Below are positions 1 through 10,084 of a stretch of 64,000 nt of DNA, one piece after another. The position numbers were made by a program, and so were the translations under genes. The notes under the pieces are model-generated. The model did no database searches and was not told the DNA's origin. It worked only from the letters and a program-made list of their open reading frames with translations. The DNA lies in assembly GCA_049580605.1 (NCBI GenBank), contig JBAUQH010000057.1, positions 46,099 to 110,098 of the forward strand, in the 5' to 3' direction. The stretch comes from Gallionella sp. (GTDB lineage Bacteria; Pseudomonadota; Gammaproteobacteria; Burkholderiales; Gallionellaceae). Within the stretch, counting starts at the first letter, position 1, and each line of letters opens with the position of its first letter.

Positions 1-94
1 TCGCGGTGCGCAATTCCGAGCGCAGACCGCTGTTGTGGGCATTCTGTTTGACCGCCTGACGTGCACGCTTGCGGGCTTGTGCGCTATTTGCCAT
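1..94 (-). CDS. rpsT: 30S ribosomal protein S20 (5' part; runs off window)
   Basis: Manual translation from ATG at 94 gives [31 protein letters not shown]; divergent from murJ as usual. Confidence 0.95.
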   Translation of the reverse strand, partial: MANSAQARKRARQAVKQNAHNSGLRSELRTA

Positions 95-252
95 GAACCA
101 CTCCTAAATAAATTCGGTATAACGGAAAGGCGCGCATTCTAGAGACTTACGCACATTTATGCAAATATTTTTGACGCCACGTCGCCTGGGCGGGCTGGGC
201 GATCGCCGGTGTTATGATACGCAACATTTTGAATTTCCTGCATTGATGCCGT

Positions 253-1791
253 ATGAATTTGCTTAAATCACTTGCCACGATCAGCAGCCTGACCCTGGTT
301 TCGCGCATACTGGCGTTTGTGCGTGACGTGCTGATCGCCCGGATATTCGGCGCGGGCATCGCAACCGATGCGTTCTTCGTTGCGTTCAAGCTGCCCAACC
401 TGCTGCGCCGACTGTTTGCGGAGGGTGCGTTTTCGCAGGCGTTCGTGCCGATCTTCGGCGAGTACAAGAATCGCCGCGGGCATGACGAAACCCAATTGCT
501 GGTCGACCACGTCACCACCATGCTGGCGCTGATACTTTTCGTTGTCACGCTGGTCGGCATCATCGCCGCACCGGTTTTCGTGTTTATCAGCGCGCCGGGC
601 TTCCTCAAGGACATGCCGAAGTTCGACCTGACCGTGCAATTGCTGCGCATCACCACGCCGTACATCTTCTTCATCTCGCTGGTCTCGGTATCGGCAGGCA
701 TCCTCAACACCTATAACCGGTTCTGGGTGCCGGCGTTCGCGCCGATATTGCTCAATGTCTGTTTCATCGGCGCCGCACTTTGGCTGGCGCCATATTTCGA
801 CCCGCCCATCCTGGCGCTGGCCTGGGCGGTGTTCGTCGCGGGCGTGGTGCAACTGGCGTTCCAGGTTCCGTTCCTGAAAAAGATCGGCATGCTGCCGAGT
901 TTTCGATTCAGTCTAGAGGATGCGGGCATGCGCCGCGTGATCAGGCAGATGGGGCCGGCGGTATTCGGCGTGTCGATTGCGCAGATCAGCCTGATCATCA
1001 ACACCATCTTCGCCTCGTTCCTGGTCGCAGGCAGCGTATCCTGGCTGTATTACGCCGACCGGCTGATGGAATTTCCCTCGGGTGTGCTGGGTGTCGCGCT
1101 GGGTTCCATCCTGTTGCCGTCGCTTTCGAAGTGCCATGCCGACAACAATTCCGCGGAATATTCCAGGTTGCTGGACTGGGGCCTGCGCCTGACCATCATG
1201 CTGACACTGCCCGCCGCGCTGGCACTGGGCATGATCGCGATACCGCTGTTGTCCACTTTCTTCCAGCGCGGTGCGTTCGACGCGCACGATGTGCTGATGA
1301 CCAGCTATGCTTTGATCGGTTACAGCGTCGGCCTGGTCGGCATTATTCTGGTGAAGATACTCGCGCCGGGTTTCTATGCGCGCCAGGACATCCGGACGCC
1401 GGTCAAGATCGGCGTCGTGACCCTGCTGGCGACGCAGGCGATGAATGCGCTGTTTATCGGCTGGCTGCACCATGCCGGCCTGGCCTTGTCGATCGGGCTC
1501 GGTGCGTGCCTCAATTCCGCGATTCTGTTCCGCTATCTGCGCAAGCACCGCATCTACCAGCCGGAGCCGGGCTGGGCAAAGTTTTTCCTCAAGGTGGCCA
1601 TCGCCGTCGCGGCGCTGGGTATCACGCTGTGGCTGGGCATGGGCAGCGAGCAAAGCTGGCTGGCCGGATCGGGCTGGTCGCGCATCCTGCGCCTGTCCGG
1701 GCTGGTGGCGGGGGGCGTGGCGGTTTACTTTGCGGTGCTGGCCGCACTGGGCTTTCGCCCGCGGCATTTTTCCCGGCACGCGATACATTGA
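253..1791 (+). CDS. murJ: Lipid II flippase MurJ (MviN)
   Basis: 512 aa; [43 protein letters not shown] motifs. Confidence 0.97.
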   Translation: MNLLKSLATISSLTLVSRILAFVRDVLIARIFGAGIATDAFFVAFKLPNLLRRLFAEGAFSQAFVPIFGEYKNRRGHDETQLLVDHVTTMLALILFVVTLVGIIAAPVFVFISAPGFLKDMPKFDLTVQLLRITTPYIFFISLVSVSAGILNTYNRFWVPAFAPILLNVCFIGAALWLAPYFDPPILALAWAVFVAGVVQLAFQVPFLKKIGMLPSFRFSLEDAGMRRVIRQMGPAVFGVSIAQISLIINTIFASFLVAGSVSWLYYADRLMEFPSGVLGVALGSILLPSLSKCHADNNSAEYSRLLDWGLRLTIMLTLPAALALGMIAIPLLSTFFQRGAFDAHDVLMTSYALIGYSVGLVGIILVKILAPGFYARQDIRTPVKIGVVTLLATQAMNALFIGWLHHAGLALSIGLGACLNSAILFRYLRKHRIYQPEPGWAKFFLKVAIAVAALGITLWLGMGSEQSWLAGSGWSRILRLSGLVAGGVAVYFAVLAALGFRPRHFSRHAIH

Positions 1792-1802
1792 GTGCTTGAG
1801 GG

Positions 1803-2510
1803 TCAATTGCGCAGCGCGAGAATTTTGAAGCGCAAATCCAGCCTGTCCTGAACCTTCAGCGCTCCGCCGAACACAGCGAGCGGCGTGATGCCGAAATCGC
1901 TCTGCCGGAACGACAGGCTGCCTGCGACTGAAATTCCGCGCGGATCGGTTTCAGAGTGCGCGGCAACTGCATAGCTGCGCGTGACGCCATGCAGCGTGAT
2001 CGCGACTTCCAGCCGGGCGTCATTTTTCCGGGCGATATGGATCAGCGCAAAGGGAAAATGCCCGGTGTCCAGCGTTCTGGTCAGCATGTTGCGGCGGGTA
2101 CCCTCGATATCCTGCAGCGAAGGCTGGGTGTTCATCCCGGCCGCGGTGCGCAAGCCGGGGTCATCCACGACCAGCGTGTCGAGCGGGACATACAGGTCGG
2201 CCATCCCTGTGCTGACCGAGACGTATCCGGCCACATCGCGGCTCGCAACGACGTGGTCATGCCCCAGGCCCGAAAGCAGGCCGGCTCGATGCACTTCGAT
2301 GACGACGAGCGAACGCGTGGAATCCACCCGCAGGATATTTGTTCCCTGCGCCGCGAGCTGACGGTAGTAGGCCGCCGGGAAATCGGCTGGCGTTAACGTG
2401 CCAGCCGTCGCAGCAGTCGCGACGGGGCCGGTTGCGCCGGCCGCCGACGCGATACAGAGCAATCCGATCAGGCAGGGGACTCGAAGTGCTGCTTGCAAAG
2501 GTGGCTTCAA
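1803..2510 (-). CDS. YceI-family exported protein
   Basis: Signal peptide; GHDHVV, ITLHGVTR, FRQSDFGITP motifs typical of YceI. Confidence 0.75.
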   Translation of the reverse strand: MKPPLQAALRVPCLIGLLCIASAAGATGPVATAATAGTLTPADFPAAYYRQLAAQGTNILRVDSTRSLVVIEVHRAGLLSGLGHDHVVASRDVAGYVSVSTGMADLYVPLDTLVVDDPGLRTAAGMNTQPSLQDIEGTRRNMLTRTLDTGHFPFALIHIARKNDARLEVAITLHGVTRSYAVAAHSETDPRGISVAGSLSFRQSDFGITPLAVFGGALKVQDRLDLRFKILALRN

Positions 2511-2556
2511 TTGATTTTCAACCGGATGATTTTCAACTTGGTGAATTTCGAACGTG

Positions 2557-3030
2557 TTATGGCCGCTGCTTCATGGACAGCGTTAAACTGAATGTCGCAA
2601 CCGGATCGTTGCCCTGATCCGGGACGGTCGCGATCACTTCAATTGCCGTCTCGACCCGCTGATCCGATGCTGCGGCCTGCGCGACCAGATGTGCAATTTC
2701 ATTTCCCTGGTTGCAGCAAAAATCCACGTCGCCTTCGGCACGCTGATGAAATTCGGCGCTGAAGTTTCTGAATACCAGCGATACCCTGGCGGGCTGCTGT
2801 TTGATCAGATGCATGGCCAGCGCGCCGACTGCACAGTCCGCGCCGATGCCCAGCGCGCCGAAATACATCGATCCGAGATGGTTTCGCGTCCTTCTGATCA
2901 GCGGGATCCTGACCACCACCCGCCGGTTCGAAATCTCCTTCACGGAGGGTCTGACGTAAAGCATCAGCGGAATCCTGGCAAGGCCGAACAGTCGCAGACC
3001 CAGCGTGGCCAGTGCCGTATCGGAGAACAA
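2557..3030 (-). CDS. Hotdog-fold thioesterase-like protein (DUF4442/YiiD-C type)
   Basis: RTRNHLGSMYFGAL motif; start uncertain. Confidence 0.7.
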   Translation of the reverse strand: MFSDTALATLGLRLFGLARIPLMLYVRPSVKEISNRRVVVRIPLIRRTRNHLGSMYFGALGIGADCAVGALAMHLIKQQPARVSLVFRNFSAEFHQRAEGDVDFCCNQGNEIAHLVAQAAASDQRVETAIEVIATVPDQGNDPVATFSLTLSMKQRP

Positions 3031-3158
3031 CTTTCGCGTCAGCTTTCTGATGGCCGCTCCCGGGAAATCGATGAAAAATCACCGTCTCATCGTGCAGATT
3101 TGCGCATCGAATATCAAGCGATTTGTTTGTGATACTCGCATAGCTGCGCCGGAAACCC

Positions 3159-3192
3159 GTCCGCCAGCCCGCTACCGGACGGGCTGGCGGAC
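3159..3192. repeat. Perfect 13-bp stem-loop between divergent genes
   Basis: GTCCGCCAGCCCG-N8-CGGGCTGGCGGAC. Confidence 0.75.
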
Positions 3193-3277
3193 ACCATGCT
3201 TCCTGTTCGGGCTGCGCAATGCGATCGTAGTGTGCTATCTTTCATTCCATCCGAATCTTGAAACGAAACCCGATGCC

Positions 3278-4279
3278 ATGAGCCTGTTTGCCCTGATCGC
3301 CGCGCTGTTGCTGGAACAGCTCCAACCGCTGTCTTCGCGCAAGTATCTGTATGGCTGGCTGTCCGCATACGTTCTGTTCTTCCGGCACCATTTCAATGCC
3401 GGGCAGCGCCGGCACGGCATGATTGCCTGGCTGGTTGCGGTGCTGCCGCTGCTGTTCGCCGTGATGGCTGCATATTGGCTGCTGGAACGCGTCCATCCGG
3501 TTCTGGCCTGGGCGTTCAACGTGCTGATGCTTTATCTGACGATGGGATTCCGGCAATTCAGCCATTACTTCACCGATATTCATCTGGCATTGCGCGCAAA
3601 CCGGCTGGACGAGGCGCGCAGCCTGCTGTCGAGCTGGCGCGGCATCCCGTCGCACGAACTGAATGCCGAAGAAGTGGCCCGCGTCACGATCGAGCAGGCG
3701 CTGATCGCGTCGCATCGCTACGTGTTCGGCGTGATCGTCTGGTTCGTGTTGTTCAGCGCGCTGGGTCTGGGCGGTGCGGCGGGCGCGTTGCTGTATCGGC
3801 TGGGGCTGTTTCTCAGCGCACACTGGAATGCCGGCGGCGGCACGGAGGAGGGTGGTTCGGCTGAGGTTGCGCCGGAATTGATCGACGAAGGCGAACTGCC
3901 CGGAACCGTGCCGGGCGAATTCGGCGCATTTGCGCGAAAAGCGTTCTATGTGCTGGAATGGTTGCCGGTCCGCCTGACCGCGATGACCTTTGCGATCGTC
4001 GGCAATTTTGAAGACACCATTCATTGCTGGCGCACCCAGGCGTCAACATGGCCCGACTACGAAACGGGCATTTTGCTGGCCAGCGGTGCGGGAGCGCTTG
4101 GCGTGCGTCTCGGCATGCCGATAACGCAGGGGGGTTTGCTGGAGGACCGGGCAGAACTGGGTACGGACCTGGATGCCGACACCGATTTCATGCAGAGCGC
4201 GGTCGGCCTGGTATGGCGCGCGGTGTTGCTCTGGCTGATCATGCTGCTGTTGTTGTCGATGGCCAGATTGATCGGATAG
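3278..4279 (+). CDS. CobD/CbiB (AmpE-like) family membrane protein
   Basis: Start MSLFALIAALLLEQ at 3278; YLTMGFRQFSHYF, WLPVRLTA, GAGALGVRLG. Confidence 0.85.
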   Translation: MSLFALIAALLLEQLQPLSSRKYLYGWLSAYVLFFRHHFNAGQRRHGMIAWLVAVLPLLFAVMAAYWLLERVHPVLAWAFNVLMLYLTMGFRQFSHYFTDIHLALRANRLDEARSLLSSWRGIPSHELNAEEVARVTIEQALIASHRYVFGVIVWFVLFSALGLGGAAGALLYRLGLFLSAHWNAGGGTEEGGSAEVAPELIDEGELPGTVPGEFGAFARKAFYVLEWLPVRLTAMTFAIVGNFEDTIHCWRTQASTWPDYETGILLASGAGALGVRLGMPITQGGLLEDRAELGTDLDADTDFMQSAVGLVWRAVLLWLIMLLLLSMARLIG

Positions 4280-4372
4280 TCGGCGGGCAAGACCCTGCAT
4301 CCGCGTGATACACAAAATAGCCTGCCTATCTGCCTGCAAACAGCGGCCATAAATTAGTAGATTATAAGCGCG

Positions 4373-4404
4373 AAAAAAAGGGCGGATCATTCCGCCCTTT
4401 TTTT
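4373..4404. terminator. Bidirectional intrinsic terminator
   Basis: AAAAAAAGGGCGGA-TCAT-TCCGCCCTTTTTTT between convergent genes. Confidence 0.9.
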
Positions 4405-4440
4405 GCCAGCCGTTGCCGGACCTGGCGGGAGGCCTGCAAT

Positions 4441-4671
4441 TTACAGGCTGGATGCGATCGCTGCGATTGTTACCGACAATGCGCTGAGCCAGCCGAGATT
4501 GCCGATAAATTTTGTGTCATCCTCCGACAGTTTTTCATGGTTCTTGATTTTGGAGTTGATCCGTTCCAGTTCAGCTTGCAACTCTTTCAGGTTTTTTTGC
4601 TGGGCTTGCAACTCCTTCAGCTTTTCCTGCTGCACGATTCTCAAGTTTTTGGTGTCCAAATGCTCGTTCAT
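4441..4671 (-). CDS. Small hypothetical protein (76 aa), coiled coil plus hydrophobic C-terminus
   Basis: ATG at 4671 preceded by AGGAG; downstream terminator; LKELQA repeated twice. Confidence 0.7.
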   Translation of the reverse strand: MNEHLDTKNLRIVQQEKLKELQAQQKNLKELQAELERINSKIKNHEKLSEDDTKFIGNLGWLSALSVTIAAIASSL

Positions 4672-5007
4672 AATGTCTCTCTCCTGAAGAAGTTTAATTA
4701 TTAAAGTTACTGAGCCTGCTATCAAATAATACTACAACGTTGGATTGAAACAATAGCGAATAGTTTCATAAAATGTGCGTTTTTGCCGCAGCCATCAATC
4801 TGTATATTAGCCAACAGCATACATGCCCACGGGAAAATTTTCGGGGCTCAATCCCGACTGAAATAGTCCGATTTGCCCGGGCGGACAACGAATGGCGCCG
4901 GGAAATCTGATCGTAGAAACCGCATTGCAAATAAGCCGGCTGATGCGAGCTGGATCATGCACGGGTTTGTGCAACAGGAGCACACGCAGCTGCCGTACAA
5001 TCCGGAT

Positions 5008-5985
5008 ATGCAGACACAGCCATTTTCCGAACTAACCCCGGATATCGTTCTTGATGCGCTGGACAGCATCGGCTTCAACGGCGATGGCCGGTTGCTTGGC
5101 CTGAACAGCTATGAGAACCGGGTCTATCAGGCCGGGACGGAAGCCGGTCCTCCCCTGGTCGCCAAGTTTTATCGGCCGGCGCGTTGGACAGACGCCGAGA
5201 TTCTCGAGGAGCACGCGTTTGTCGCAACGCTGGCTGAGCGCGAGATTCCGGTGGTGCCGGCGCTGGAAATCCACGGCAACACCCTGCACAAGTTCAACGG
5301 TTTTCGCTTTTCCGTGTTCCCCAGTCACGGCGGCCATGCGCCTGAACTGGATCACCGCGACACGCTGGAATGGATGGGGCGTTTTATCGGGCGCATCCAT
5401 GCCGTCGGTAAGCTGGAACCCTACCGCTATCGACCCACGCTCGACATTGATCGTTTCGGCATCGAACCGAGCGGGTTCCTGCTGGCGCACGACTTCATTC
5501 CGGCAGAACTGGCAGAGGTCTATCGCGGCGTGGTTGCGCAGGCGCTCGACGGTGTGCGGCGCTGCTACGATCGCGCCGGCAGCGTGAAAAACATCCGCCT
5601 GCACGGCGACTGCCACGTCGGCAATGTGTTGTGGACCGATGACGGGCCTCACTTCGTGGATTTCGACGACAGCCGCATGGGGCCGGCAATACAGGATCTG
5701 TGGATGCTGCTTTCCGGCGAGCGTGCAGACATGGCGCGGCAGTTTTCCGACCTGATGGCCGGTTACGAGGATTTTTCCGACATCAGCCCCCGCGAAGTGC
5801 ATCTGGTCGAGGCACTGCGCACACTGCGGCTGATCCACTATGCCGCATGGATCGCGCGGCGCTGGGACGACCCTGCTTTTACCGCGGCGTTTCCCTGGTT
5901 CAATACGCAGCGCTACTGGCAAGACCGCATCCTGGAATTGCGCGAGCAGATTGCGCTGATGAACGAGCCGCCCCTTCAGGTCTAG
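5008..5985 (+). CDS. srkA: Stress-response Ser/Thr kinase SrkA (RdoA/YihE)
   Basis: LNSYENRVY, KFYRPARW, RLHGDCHVGN, DFDD, WDDPAF motifs. Confidence 0.93.
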   Translation: MQTQPFSELTPDIVLDALDSIGFNGDGRLLGLNSYENRVYQAGTEAGPPLVAKFYRPARWTDAEILEEHAFVATLAEREIPVVPALEIHGNTLHKFNGFRFSVFPSHGGHAPELDHRDTLEWMGRFIGRIHAVGKLEPYRYRPTLDIDRFGIEPSGFLLAHDFIPAELAEVYRGVVAQALDGVRRCYDRAGSVKNIRLHGDCHVGNVLWTDDGPHFVDFDDSRMGPAIQDLWMLLSGERADMARQFSDLMAGYEDFSDISPREVHLVEALRTLRLIHYAAWIARRWDDPAFTAAFPWFNTQRYWQDRILELREQIALMNEPPLQV

Positions 5986-6000
5986 ACCAGCGCCGCGCTG

Positions 6001-7026
6001 CTAGGACTTGTGTCTGGCGATCTGCTGGAACAGTTCCAGCCTGCGCGCGTCGATCTTTCCTTCCTCTACCGCTTTGCGCAACGCGCAGCCCGGTTCATGC
6101 GTGTGATGGCAGTCGTGAAAGCGGCACTTGCCGAGATAGTCGGAGAATTCGACGAAGCCCTGTTCGATCGCGCCAAAGCCCAGGTGATGCAGGCCGAATG
6201 CCTGCACGCCGGGACAATCGATCAATTTGCTATCGGCATCAACCCGATACAGCCGCGCATGGGTGGTGGTGTGCTTGCCTGAATCCAGCACTGTCGAGAT
6301 TTCTCGGGTGACGGCCTGTGCGCCGGGTAGCAGCGCGTTGATCAGTGTGGATTTACCCATGCCGGATTGCCCGACCAGCACGCTGGTGTGTCCGTGAAGA
6401 AACGGGGGCAGCGCGGAAACGTCCAGTTTCGCGCTGATTTCCAAAACCCGGTAGCCGATCGCGGCATAGGGGGCGAGCCGTCTGCGCGCGGCCGCTGCGG
6501 CGGCCGGCAGATCGCATTTGTTCAGCACGATCAGCACCTCGAGCTTCTGGTCGAATGCGGCGACCATGCAGCGTGCCAGCAACTCGTCGCTGAAAGACGG
6601 TTCGGCGGCGGCGACCACGATGATCTGCGTGACGTTCGCCGCAATGAGCTTCTCGCGGTAGGCGTCCGAACGATGCAGCAGCGAGCGGCGCGGCGCGATG
6701 CGTTCGATCACGCCCTGGGCCCCGTTGCCATCTCCGGCAGAAGCGTCAGCGGTGCGCCTGATATCGACCAGATCGCCGCATGCCGCCTCGCTTTTCTTGC
6801 CGCGCGTCAGGCAGGCGATTTCACTTCCGTCATCGAGGCGAACCAGATACTGGCGGCCGAAAGCGGCGATTATTTGCCCCGATTCCAATTCACCGGTGAT
6901 GCTGCGCTGGCGGCCTCGTTCACGTTCCATCAAGCTGCTTGCACTGTAGCTACCGCCGCCCTTTGCGGGCTTAACCTCGCTTGCGAGGTTAGCGTGCGCT
7001 GAAACTACGCTTTCATCGGCGCTCAC
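6001..7026 (-). CDS. rsgA: Ribosome small subunit-dependent GTPase A
   Basis: NKCD, GQSGMGKST, GKHTTT, DCPG, CRFHDCHHTHEPGC; start may be GTG 7026 or ATG 6930. Confidence 0.93.
   Translation of the reverse strand: MSADESVVSAHANLASEVKPAKGGGSYSASSLMERERGRQRSITGELESGQIIAAFGRQYLVRLDDGSEIACLTRGKKSEAACGDLVDIRRTADASAGDGNGAQGVIERIAPRRSLLHRSDAYREKLIAANVTQIIVVAAAEPSFSDELLARCMVAAFDQKLEVLIVLNKCDLPAAAAAARRRLAPYAAIGYRVLEISAKLDVSALPPFLHGHTSVLVGQSGMGKSTLINALLPGAQAVTREISTVLDSGKHTTTHARLYRVDADSKLIDCPGVQAFGLHHLGFGAIEQGFVEFSDYLGKCRFHDCHHTHEPGCALRKAVEEGKIDARRLELFQQIARHKS
6945..7011. repeat. Multi-hairpin module in the rsgA 5' region
   Basis: TAACCTCGC-TT-GCGAGGTTA (6972-6991) next to GCCCTTTGCGGGC. Confidence 0.5.
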
Positions 7027-7096
7027 TCGATGCCGCCCCTTCGGCCGAGCTCAGCGCAGGATAGTCTCACCTTCGGAATGAATACCGGTGCGGGCA

Positions 7097-7429
7097 TCAA
7101 ATCTTGAACAGCGCATCCACTTTGGCGGCGCAGATGAAATCGTTTTCCGACAGCCCGTGCACGGAATGGGTGGTGTATTCCACCCGGCAGCTGTTATAGG
7201 TGACGTTGATTTCGGGGTGGTGGTCCTCGGTGTGCGACAGCCATGCGACCGCATTAACGAATGCGATGGTCTGGTAGTAATCCTTGAAATGGTATGTCTT
7301 GCTGATAATGTGGTCGTAGCGTTGCCAGCCCGAGATTTGCTTCATCAGGCTGTCGGCTTCCTTGTTCGAGAGCGGCGGGGTGCCGGTTTTGCAGGGTTCG
7401 CAGTGCCTGCCGGTCAAGTCTGTGCTCAT
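7097..7429 (-). CDS. phhB: Pterin-4-alpha-carbinolamine dehydratase
   Basis: EDHHPEI and THSVHGLSENDFICAAKVD motifs. Confidence 0.92.
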   Translation of the reverse strand: MSTDLTGRHCEPCKTGTPPLSNKEADSLMKQISGWQRYDHIISKTYHFKDYYQTIAFVNAVAWLSHTEDHHPEINVTYNSCRVEYTTHSVHGLSENDFICAAKVDALFKI

Positions 7430-7436
7430 GGCCTGC

Positions 7437-7757
7437 TCACTTGAATTTGTAGAAGATGTTGAGGTATGACGCGATGTCCTGCGTTTCCTGCGGCGTGAAG
7501 TGTGCCTTCACGTTGCCGCTGCAGATGCCGATCTGCTCGATCAGGCCTTCCGGGGTGTTGCGGATGCGATTCGGGCGGGTGAATATCTTGTTGCCGTCAC
7601 CTCCCATGATCGCGTTATGGCACTGGTTGCAATTGTATTGCGCAAACAGCTTTTCCCCGGTCTGGGGATTGCCGTATGGAAAAGGGTTGGCCGATGCCGC
7701 GGCGGCAACGCCCAGCAGCATCATGGCGGGGAAAATCAGGGTTGCGATCTGTTTCAT
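7437..7757 (-). CDS. Small monohaem c-type cytochrome
   Basis: Signal peptide, CNQCH, additional distal Cys. Confidence 0.85.
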   Translation of the reverse strand: MKQIATLIFPAMMLLGVAAAASANPFPYGNPQTGEKLFAQYNCNQCHNAIMGGDGNKIFTRPNRIRNTPEGLIEQIGICSGNVKAHFTPQETQDIASYLNIFYKFK

Positions 7758-7784
7758 GAAAGCCTCCTTGTTGATGGATCAGGT

Positions 7785-9035
7785 TCAGGCGTGCGCGGAT
7801 TGCAGATGCGAGATGCGCACCATGGCCGGGGGGTGCGAATCGTAAAAGCGGGAGTAAAGCGGATCGGGGGTCAGTGTCGCCGCGTTGTCCTGGTACAGTT
7901 TGACCAGCGCGCTGACCAGGTCGTTGGCGTCGGTCTGTTTCGCGGCATACGCGTCAGCCTCGAACTCGTGCTTGCGCGAATAGGCCGATATCACGGGTCC
8001 CAGCAGGAAGCTGAATACCGGAAGCGCCATGAAAAACAGCAGCAGCGCGAGCGCGGTGGACGGCGTGGTGACGCCCAGGCCCTGATAAAACCAGCCGGTC
8101 TGCATCAGCAGGCCGAGCACCCACAGGAACACCAGGCTCAGCGCGAAGGTCGCCATGATGCGCTTGACCACATGGCGGCGTTTGAAGTGGCCCAGTTCAT
8201 GGGCCAGCACCGCCTCGACTTCGTTGATGCTGAGGCGCTCCAGCAGGGTGTCGAAGAACACGATGCGCTTGGTCTTGCCGAAGCCGGTGAAGTAGGCGTT
8301 GCCGTGCGCGCTGCGCTTCGAGCCGTCCATCACGAACAAACCCTGCGCGGTAAATCCGCAGCGCCCGAGCAGCGACTCGATGCGGGCCTTCATGGTCTCG
8401 TCCTGCAGCGGCGAGAATTTGTTGAACAGCGGCGCGATGAAGGACGGGTAGATGAACAGGATCAGCAGATTGAACACCACCCACACACCCCATACGTACA
8501 GCCACCAGTAGCTGCCCATGCGGCCCATCAGCCAAAGCACGCCGGACAGCAGCGGCAAGCCGAGTATCGCACCGATCAGCATGCCTTTCAGCGCGTCCAG
8601 CAGGTACAGCCCGAAGGTCATTTTATTGAAGCCGAAGCGCGCCTCGATCACGAAGGTGCGATAGATGTTGAACGGGGCTTCCAGCACGGAATACAGCACC
8701 AGCACCGCAACGATGGCGGCGACGCCCTGTGCGATCGGCGCGCTGAACCAGTTGTTGCATTTATCGGCGATGAACTGGATGCCGCCGCCGACGGTAAATC
8801 CCAGCAGCAGCACCGCGTCGAACAGAGTGCCCAGCATGTCGAAGCGCGTCTTGGCCGACGTGTAGTCGGCTGCTTTCTGATGTTCTGCTATCCGGACTAT
8901 GTCGTGGAAAGCAACTGGCACGGCACCGCGGTGCGATGCGATATACGACAGATGGCGGCGCGCCAGCCAAAGTTTGGCCAGCGTGGTTGCCGCCAGCGCC
9001 GCGATGAAAATGAAAGTAAATTGCGATGCAGTCAT
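7785..9035 (-). CDS. M48 family (Ste24-like) membrane zinc metallopeptidase
   Basis: HELGH, EFEAD, SHPP motifs; ATG at 9035. Confidence 0.93.
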   Translation of the reverse strand: MTASQFTFIFIAALAATTLAKLWLARRHLSYIASHRGAVPVAFHDIVRIAEHQKAADYTSAKTRFDMLGTLFDAVLLLGFTVGGGIQFIADKCNNWFSAPIAQGVAAIVAVLVLYSVLEAPFNIYRTFVIEARFGFNKMTFGLYLLDALKGMLIGAILGLPLLSGVLWLMGRMGSYWWLYVWGVWVVFNLLILFIYPSFIAPLFNKFSPLQDETMKARIESLLGRCGFTAQGLFVMDGSKRSAHGNAYFTGFGKTKRIVFFDTLLERLSINEVEAVLAHELGHFKRRHVVKRIMATFALSLVFLWVLGLLMQTGWFYQGLGVTTPSTALALLLFFMALPVFSFLLGPVISAYSRKHEFEADAYAAKQTDANDLVSALVKLYQDNAATLTPDPLYSRFYDSHPPAMVRISHLQSAHA

Positions 9036-9118
9036 ATGGGTCGAAATTTGAGTGTCCGATGCCGGCGGGGTTGTGACACAATACGCGTCAAAGCGTTCCA
9101 ATCCCGATTGCACGAATT

Positions 9119-9664
9119 ATGGCACAAAACCAAAACTACCTTATCTGGATAGACATGGAAATGACCGGTCTGGTGCCGGACACTGACCGGGTCATCGAGG
9201 TCGCGCTGGTGATCACCGACAACAACCTGGAAACGATTGCCGAAGCGCCGGTGCTGGTCGTGCATCAGCCCGACAGTGTGCTGGACGGCATGGATGCGTG
9301 GAACAAGTCCACCCACGCCAAATCCGGGCTGATCGACAAGGTGAAGGCGTCCACGCTGGATGAAGCGATGGTGGAAGGCCGGATGCTCGAATTCCTCGCC
9401 GAATATGTGCCAATACGCACCTCTCCGATGTGCGGCAACTCGATTTGCCAGGACAGGCGATTCCTGGCGCGCTGGATGCCGAAACTGGAAGATTATTTTC
9501 ACTACCGCAATCTCGATGTCAGCACTCTCAAGGAACTCGCGAAGCGCTGGAAACCGGACATCGCCCAGGGAATCAAAAAGCACGGCAAGCATGAGGCGCT
9601 GGCCGATATCTACGAATCCATCAGCGAAATGAAGCATTACCGGGAACACTTCATCAAATTGTAA
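9119..9664 (+). CDS. orn: Oligoribonuclease
   Basis: [37 protein letters not shown]. Confidence 0.97.
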   Translation: MAQNQNYLIWIDMEMTGLVPDTDRVIEVALVITDNNLETIAEAPVLVVHQPDSVLDGMDAWNKSTHAKSGLIDKVKASTLDEAMVEGRMLEFLAEYVPIRTSPMCGNSICQDRRFLARWMPKLEDYFHYRNLDVSTLKELAKRWKPDIAQGIKKHGKHEALADIYESISEMKHYREHFIKL

Positions 9665-9715
9665 ATCGGTATTTGCAGGTTACCCGCCTGCAGGTCATGC
9701 AACACGGAGGTAACG

Positions 9716-10009
9716 ATGACCAAGCACAAGATCAGCACTCAAGTACCCGCCCCGCCCGAAACCGAACCGGCAAAGGTGATCGAACGGCCGGACGGTTTTT
9801 ACTGGCGGGACAAGCTTACCGGAAAGGAGTACGGCCCGTTCCCGACGCTGCTCGAGGCGGAGCAGGACATGGAAGTCCAGACCGAAAGCGGATTTGAAGA
9901 AGGGGAATCGCTTGAAGACGCCGAGGAAGAGATCGGTATCTCCAACTGGATAGACCCTGAAACCGGCGAACCTGCAGAAGGAGCGACGCCCCACCTCAGC
10001 GACGAATAA
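9716..10009 (+). CDS. Acidic hypothetical protein
   Basis: GGAGG RBS; 97 aa, Glu/Asp-rich. Confidence 0.75.
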   Translation: MTKHKISTQVPAPPETEPAKVIERPDGFYWRDKLTGKEYGPFPTLLEAEQDMEVQTESGFEEGESLEDAEEEIGISNWIDPETGEPAEGATPHLSDE

Positions 10010-10048
10010 TCCCGCCGTTTCCGGCGGTAACTGTCTGACTGTCCCGGC

Positions 10049-10077
10049 GCTACCCCGCCCCGGCAGGGCGGGGTAGC
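10049..10077. terminator. 12-bp GC-rich stem-loop between convergent genes
   Basis: GCTACCCCGCCC-N5-GGGCGGGGTAGC; no clear U-tract. Confidence 0.5.
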
Positions 10078-10084
10078 AGCCATG

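Noticed and set aside
1774..1798. CIRCE-like sequence CGGCACGC-N8-GAGTGCTTG
   Set aside because: Wrong spacing (8 rather than 9), poor left arm, and located at the end of murJ rather than in a promoter.
3005..3277. Upstream extensions of ORF-track calls (CobD-like, srkA, M48 peptidase, clpS, clpA, glmM, carB)
   Set aside because: Family N-termini and RBS positions point to the downstream starts reported.
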